From: a virus
Taxonomy: Duplodnaviria > Caudoviricetes
DNA length: 64,000 nucleotides
Direction: 5' to 3' (one strand)
IMG/VR virus record: IMGVR_UViG_3300012665_000704
Coordinates: 9,470-73,469 of that record
Shown here piece by piece: positions 61,701-64,000 of this stretch. Numbering within the stretch: the stretch's first letter is position 1; the number at the start of each line of letters is the position of its first letter. Made by a program: the position numbers and the translations under genes. The notes beneath the pieces were generated by a model, which saw nothing but the letters and a program-made list of their open reading frames with translations, made no database searches and was not told where the DNA came from.

Positions 61701-62688
61701 AGTAAATTATAATCAACATCAACGTGCAAAACGTTTACCCAGCCCAATTATTATTACAGAAGGTGATACACATGTCTCTAGTATTGACACTAATTTTGAT
61801 TTCCCTTATGCTACGTTTGTCACGATTGACAACAAAGACACACAAGTAATCGATTCTGAACCCATGAGTATATGGGATGCAGAGAGTAAAACTATTCAGG
61901 TTACTAGTGTAGGTGGAACACGTATTGTTGTGCCTAAGGAAATTAAAAAACATTTCAAGCGTGAATTATACGATTATCCATACATTAGTACAAATAGTAA
62001 ACTTGCAAAATCTACCCCAATGGATATTGTGTTCTTAAGTAACGGCGAAACAGGTGCAGATGAAAACTATGACCATTTAATAAAAACTACACAAGGCTTA
62101 CCTAATCGTGTAGTAAGAGTAGATGGTGTTAACGGTCGTGTGCAAGCATATCATGCAGCCGCAGAAGCAAGCAACACTCCCTGGATGTTTACTGTGTTTG
62201 CTAAATTAAAAGTTAGTAACAAGTTTGATTGGAACTGGCAACCAGACAGATTACAAATTCCTAAGCATTATGTATTTCACGCTAAGAATCCTGTCAATGG
62301 ATTAGTATACGGTCATATGGCTATGATTGCTTATAATAAAAAATTAACACTTGCTAATAAAGGTAAAGGGCTTGACTTTACTATGGATGATGAGCATGAG
62401 GTTTTAGAAATTAATTCAGGTACTGCAAATTTTAACACAGATGAATGGTCAACTTGGCGTACTAGTTTCCGTGAAGCATTAAAACTACGTGCTAATGAGG
62501 ATCAAGTCAGTAAAGATAGACTTGATATTTGGTTAACTGTTGGTATGAGTAAGTTCAACGAATATAGTATGGAAGGTGCTCAACATGCAGTTGAATACTA
62601 TGAAGAAGTAAATGGTGACTTTGATAAGTTAAAACTGTCTTATGACTGGCCTTGGCTACGTGCTTATTTTGATAAAAAATATAAGTAA
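58771..62688 (+). CDS. 1305-aa tandem-repeat protein with a C-terminal GT-A-like domain
   Basis: Eight ~66-aa FDFSWxP...PYIYxFG repeats plus degenerate copies. The C-terminus (DIVFLSNGE, RVDGVNGRVQAYHAAA, NGLVYG, WRTSFREALKL) is homologous to 36076..37029. Confidence 0.7.
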   Translation: MLRDVFYYGKKPNVHPKEKFATSLEDARKQSTTEHFWIINEYCDYRGFDWDFDFEFLPDEDVWAEEHINVWPSQHQKDSGTWLCNTDNDEPLIIYRADVDVVKRKNIKSEYWVELDTVDSNKFDFSWHPDPTDPPYVYKWGSKFAPVQLKTCLEYHTPGATQIKYMDQIVELLPTDNWVEVQQIDKDKFDMSWRPDPMDPPMIYVWGNKYFPAETSPTLEYHVPGGTERKFMPEKLVLLTNMNNWELLESVDKNSFDFAWIPDPTSPPYIYVWGNQWNKPEDKISIQYIVEGATEYKYMEARATRKPSMDNWIVPKNIDATTFDFSWEPSPKEPPFIYQFGTQHQKTGGPQYVVEGATDIKYVEENRATATLISMKHWEIPEGLDISEFDFTWHPDATEKPYIYVFGTQWALTGGPKYISLGATEVKYVDSPIAKAAPNRQHWIIPNGIAVEEFDFSWHPYIEDQPYIYQFGTQHQKTGGPQYITPGSDEMSPIKYVDTRILKARHLKSKESFSIVGDIKIKDFDYSWHPDSTEQPFIYVFGNQWHPAELEPTIEYRVPGATTKKYINNVVAIAGADMNLWDVPEGFNKDTFDFSWRPNPTSPPYIYQFGSLLDKDDGPRYITPENDGEVVYLERKEIVVQPTTIEFPKYYVETTLEDLIKKHPNEIFWALNPELDYSSFDFEWRPTIEQAQYVHAFGSSESETTQTYLVNSNMWEKGFRELNWVQDEQLDEQTLSKLFKKPDMFFVDRGNKEAQERFDKLKQQFPTIQKTRYLNTWVDTINRCINRATTNLCWILNSELDYSNFNFDYYPNPWQMKMIQVFGTQWSHWGTTFMVNRDTFANDTKYVKVIEHLNNLNFVKDRRAISTNVLYDKIYIDHGNKPIPADALVIQYEESYLNTFKKLLDKLPEKKEHFVWVTSSICDYTGFDFTYICDPFAREQLHVFPSDKQKFGDTFLINVNKLRELISEMNVLEDYNKVNYNQHQRAKRLPSPIIITEGDTHVSSIDTNFDFPYATFVTIDNKDTQVIDSEPMSIWDAESKTIQVTSVGGTRIVVPKEIKKHFKRELYDYPYISTNSKLAKSTPMDIVFLSNGETGADENYDHLIKTTQGLPNRVVRVDGVNGRVQAYHAAAEASNTPWMFTVFAKLKVSNKFDWNWQPDRLQIPKHYVFHAKNPVNGLVYGHMAMIAYNKKLTLANKGKGLDFTMDDEHEVLEINSGTANFNTDEWSTWRTSFREALKLRANEDQVSKDRLDIWLTVGMSKFNEYSMEGAQHAVEYYEEVNGDFDKLKLSYDWPWLRAYFDKKYK
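59130..60650 (+). repeat. Coding tandem repeat array, 8 units of ~200 bp
   Basis: FD(F/M/Y)xWxP units start near 59137, 59335, 59537, 59738, 59935, 60130, 60340 and 60544. Confidence 0.85.
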
Positions 62689-62708
62689 AAGCTAAAAATA
62701 TATTCATA

Positions 62709-62728
62709 GTGTAACACTACTGTAACAC
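62709..62728 (+). promoter_or_regulatory. Pho-box-like direct repeat (11-bp period)
   Basis: GTGTAAC-ACTA-CTGTAAC (TGTAACAC at 62710 and 62721). Same 7-4-7 layout as PhoB boxes (consensus CTGTCAT-N4-CTGTCAY), directly upstream of the plcP-like gene. Confidence 0.55.
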
Positions 62729-62750
62729 ACTTTGAAATAAATAAGTCTAT

Positions 62751-63632
62751 ATGAAGACTTACCGTTCTATCTTTGTCAGTGATGTGCATCTTGGAACTAA
62801 AGACAGCCAAGCAGGAAAACTAAACAACTTTCTGAAACACAACACATGCGATACACTTTATCTTGTGGGTGACATTATAGATGCATGGCGAATACAACAA
62901 AACAAATGGCGTTGGAAACAAAGTCATACTAATGTAGTCCGACGTATACTCGGTCATGCCAAGCGTGGTACTAGAGTTGTTTATGTTGCAGGTAATCACG
63001 ATGAATTCTTAAGGCCTATGATACCATATGGATTCAGTTTTGGTCTAGTAGAGATACACAATCAAATAGAACATATAGGTGCTGACGGCAAACACTATCT
63101 AGTAACGCATGGTGACTTGTTTGACGGTATCACTCGATTAGCACCCTGGATAGGTTTCTTAGGTGATAAAGCCTATGACTTTATATTATATCTCAATAGC
63201 AAGTTTAATTGGATACGTCATAAAATGGGTTTTGGATATTGGTCATTGAGTAAGTACCTTAAACATAAGGTAAAAAAAGCAGTGGACTTTATATTTCAGT
63301 TTGAAAGTAATCTAGCAGACTATTGCAAGAAGCGTGGCTTTGATGGTGTTATATGTGGGCATATACATCACGCAGAGATCAAGGAGATTAACGGTGTAAT
63401 GTATATGAATGATGGTGACTGGGTTGAGTCATGTACGGCATTAGTAGAACATCATTCAGGTACATGGGAAATTGTAACTTGGACTAAGGAGAAGGATGAT
63501 GTGGGTATTGATACTAATAGCAGTACACCTGAACGATCCAACAGATCAACCAGGGAGAGTGGAACTACAGTTCGCGGATCAAACAACTTGCGAGCAAGTC
63601 CTAAGCACCCTCAAGTGGCAACTGAAATTTAA
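62751..63632 (+). CDS. plcP: Metallophosphoesterase, PlcP-like phospholipase C (often annotated UDP-2,3-diacylglucosamine diphosphatase/LpxH-like)
   Basis: YRSIFVSDVHLG, LVGDIIDAW, GNHDE, HGDLFD, CGHIH and NDGDWVESCTALVE. Has GNHD rather than the GNRD of canonical LpxH and is adjacent to an Agt-like GT4. Confidence 0.75.
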   Translation: MKTYRSIFVSDVHLGTKDSQAGKLNNFLKHNTCDTLYLVGDIIDAWRIQQNKWRWKQSHTNVVRRILGHAKRGTRVVYVAGNHDEFLRPMIPYGFSFGLVEIHNQIEHIGADGKHYLVTHGDLFDGITRLAPWIGFLGDKAYDFILYLNSKFNWIRHKMGFGYWSLSKYLKHKVKKAVDFIFQFESNLADYCKKRGFDGVICGHIHHAEIKEINGVMYMNDGDWVESCTALVEHHSGTWEIVTWTKEKDDVGIDTNSSTPERSNRSTRESGTTVRGSNNLRASPKHPQVATEI

Positions 63633-63672
63633 AAGTTTTAAGGTAATAGGCGAATGCAAAAAACAATTCTGA
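63496..63672 (+). CDS. Small putative exported protein (58 aa) overlapping the 3' end of the plcP-like gene
   Basis: MMWVLILIAVHLNDPTDQPGRVELQFADQTTCEQVLSTLKWQLKFKSFKVIGECKKQF*. Strong AAGGAGAAGG SD, hydrophobic N-terminus, two Cys. Confidence 0.65.
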   Translation: MMWVLILIAVHLNDPTDQPGRVELQFADQTTCEQVLSTLKWQLKFKSFKVIGECKKQF

Positions 63673-64000
63673 TAGTTACAGACAATTTACCGGAGCAAAT
63701 TAATGGTGTGGTTACGACATATAAAAATATTGAGGCTTGTGCGCTTTTGGATGGTTATAGCGTTGTTTACATTACTCCCGGGGACTTCCGCCACTTTGAT
63801 TGTCCTGGCTACAACGAAGTCAAGATTGCCTATCCAAGGCAGATGGGCAAGAAGATTGAGGCGCTCAGTCCGGATTATATCCACATCGCCACAGAGGGTC
63901 CTATTGGTCTGTCTGCTAGAAAATATCTTTCAAAACATAATATTCGGTACAATACTGCTTATCATACTAAGTTCCCTGAAGGACTTAGAGCCCTATTTGG
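63654..64000 (+). CDS. GT4 glycosyltransferase (Agt/MgtA-like diacylglycerol glycosyltransferase), 3'-truncated by the window
   Basis: MQKTILIVTDNLPEQINGVVTTY...PGYNEVKIA...PDYIHIATEGPIGL...TAYHTKFPE; open to the window end; not in the ORF track. Confidence 0.8.
   Translation, partial: MQKTILIVTDNLPEQINGVVTTYKNIEACALLDGYSVVYITPGDFRHFDCPGYNEVKIAYPRQMGKKIEALSPDYIHIATEGPIGLSARKYLSKHNIRYNTAYHTKFPEGLRALF

Noticed and set aside
33867-62688. Host-derived LPS/capsule locus or DNA hypermodification cluster
   Set aside because: Continuous with phage tail genes in strand, composition and promoter motif. No flippase/polymerase/transporter and no recognisable base-modification enzymes in the window. DNA modification is disfavoured, not disproved.
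62751-63632. Canonical LpxH (lipid A biosynthesis)
   Set aside because: GNHD rather than GNRD, no other lpx genes, and the GT4 neighbour plus Pho-box-like repeat favour PlcP. Not formally excluded.
1287-63884. Other short minus-strand and off-frame ORFs in the track (e.g. 7293-7628, 22620-23021, 31803-32210, 37571-38143, 58134-58403, 63687-63884)
   Set aside because: All lie inside or across longer motif-bearing plus-strand genes and show no recognisable features.
1-64000. Stop-codon reassignment, as in some jumbo phages
   Set aside because: Code 11 gives near-complete coding density. Genes end in TAA or TGA and none is broken by TAG. TAG is simply unused as a stop here, which is not evidence of recoding.
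1-64000. tRNA, rRNA or structured ncRNA genes
   Set aside because: Intergenic gaps are all short (about 60 nt or less) and none shows a cloverleaf or a strong stem.

Overview
AT-rich, gene-dense, single-strand (+) segment of a large T4-like/jumbo myophage genome (standard genetic code). 1-33.8 kb is a baseplate/tail module: tube-initiator-like, gp53-like, hub, gp5-like spike, gp25, gp6, a 6463-aa giant wedge/fibre protein and two fibre-type proteins. 33.9-62.7 kb is a tightly coupled ~29-kb tailoring cluster: several glycosyltransferase-like families, 5 radical SAM plus 2 cobalamin-binding radical SAM enzymes, a GDP-mannose 3,5-epimerase-like enzyme, a nucleotide-sugar dehydrogenase, 3 SGNH-like proteins, a methyltransferase fusion, a NodU-type carbamoyltransferase and a 1305-aa tandem-repeat protein. 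It shares a TAA(A/G)TA late-promoter-like motif with the structural genes, suggesting virion or surface glycan decoration. At the right end, a GNHD-type metallophosphoesterase (PlcP-like) and a GT4 (Agt-like, truncated by the window) follow an 11-bp-period Pho-box-like direct repeat, a candidate phage-encoded phosphate-starvation lipid-remodelling module. Three small ORFs and the partial GT4 are absent from the ORF track and were read by hand. All functional calls come from motif recognition by eye; no searches were run.
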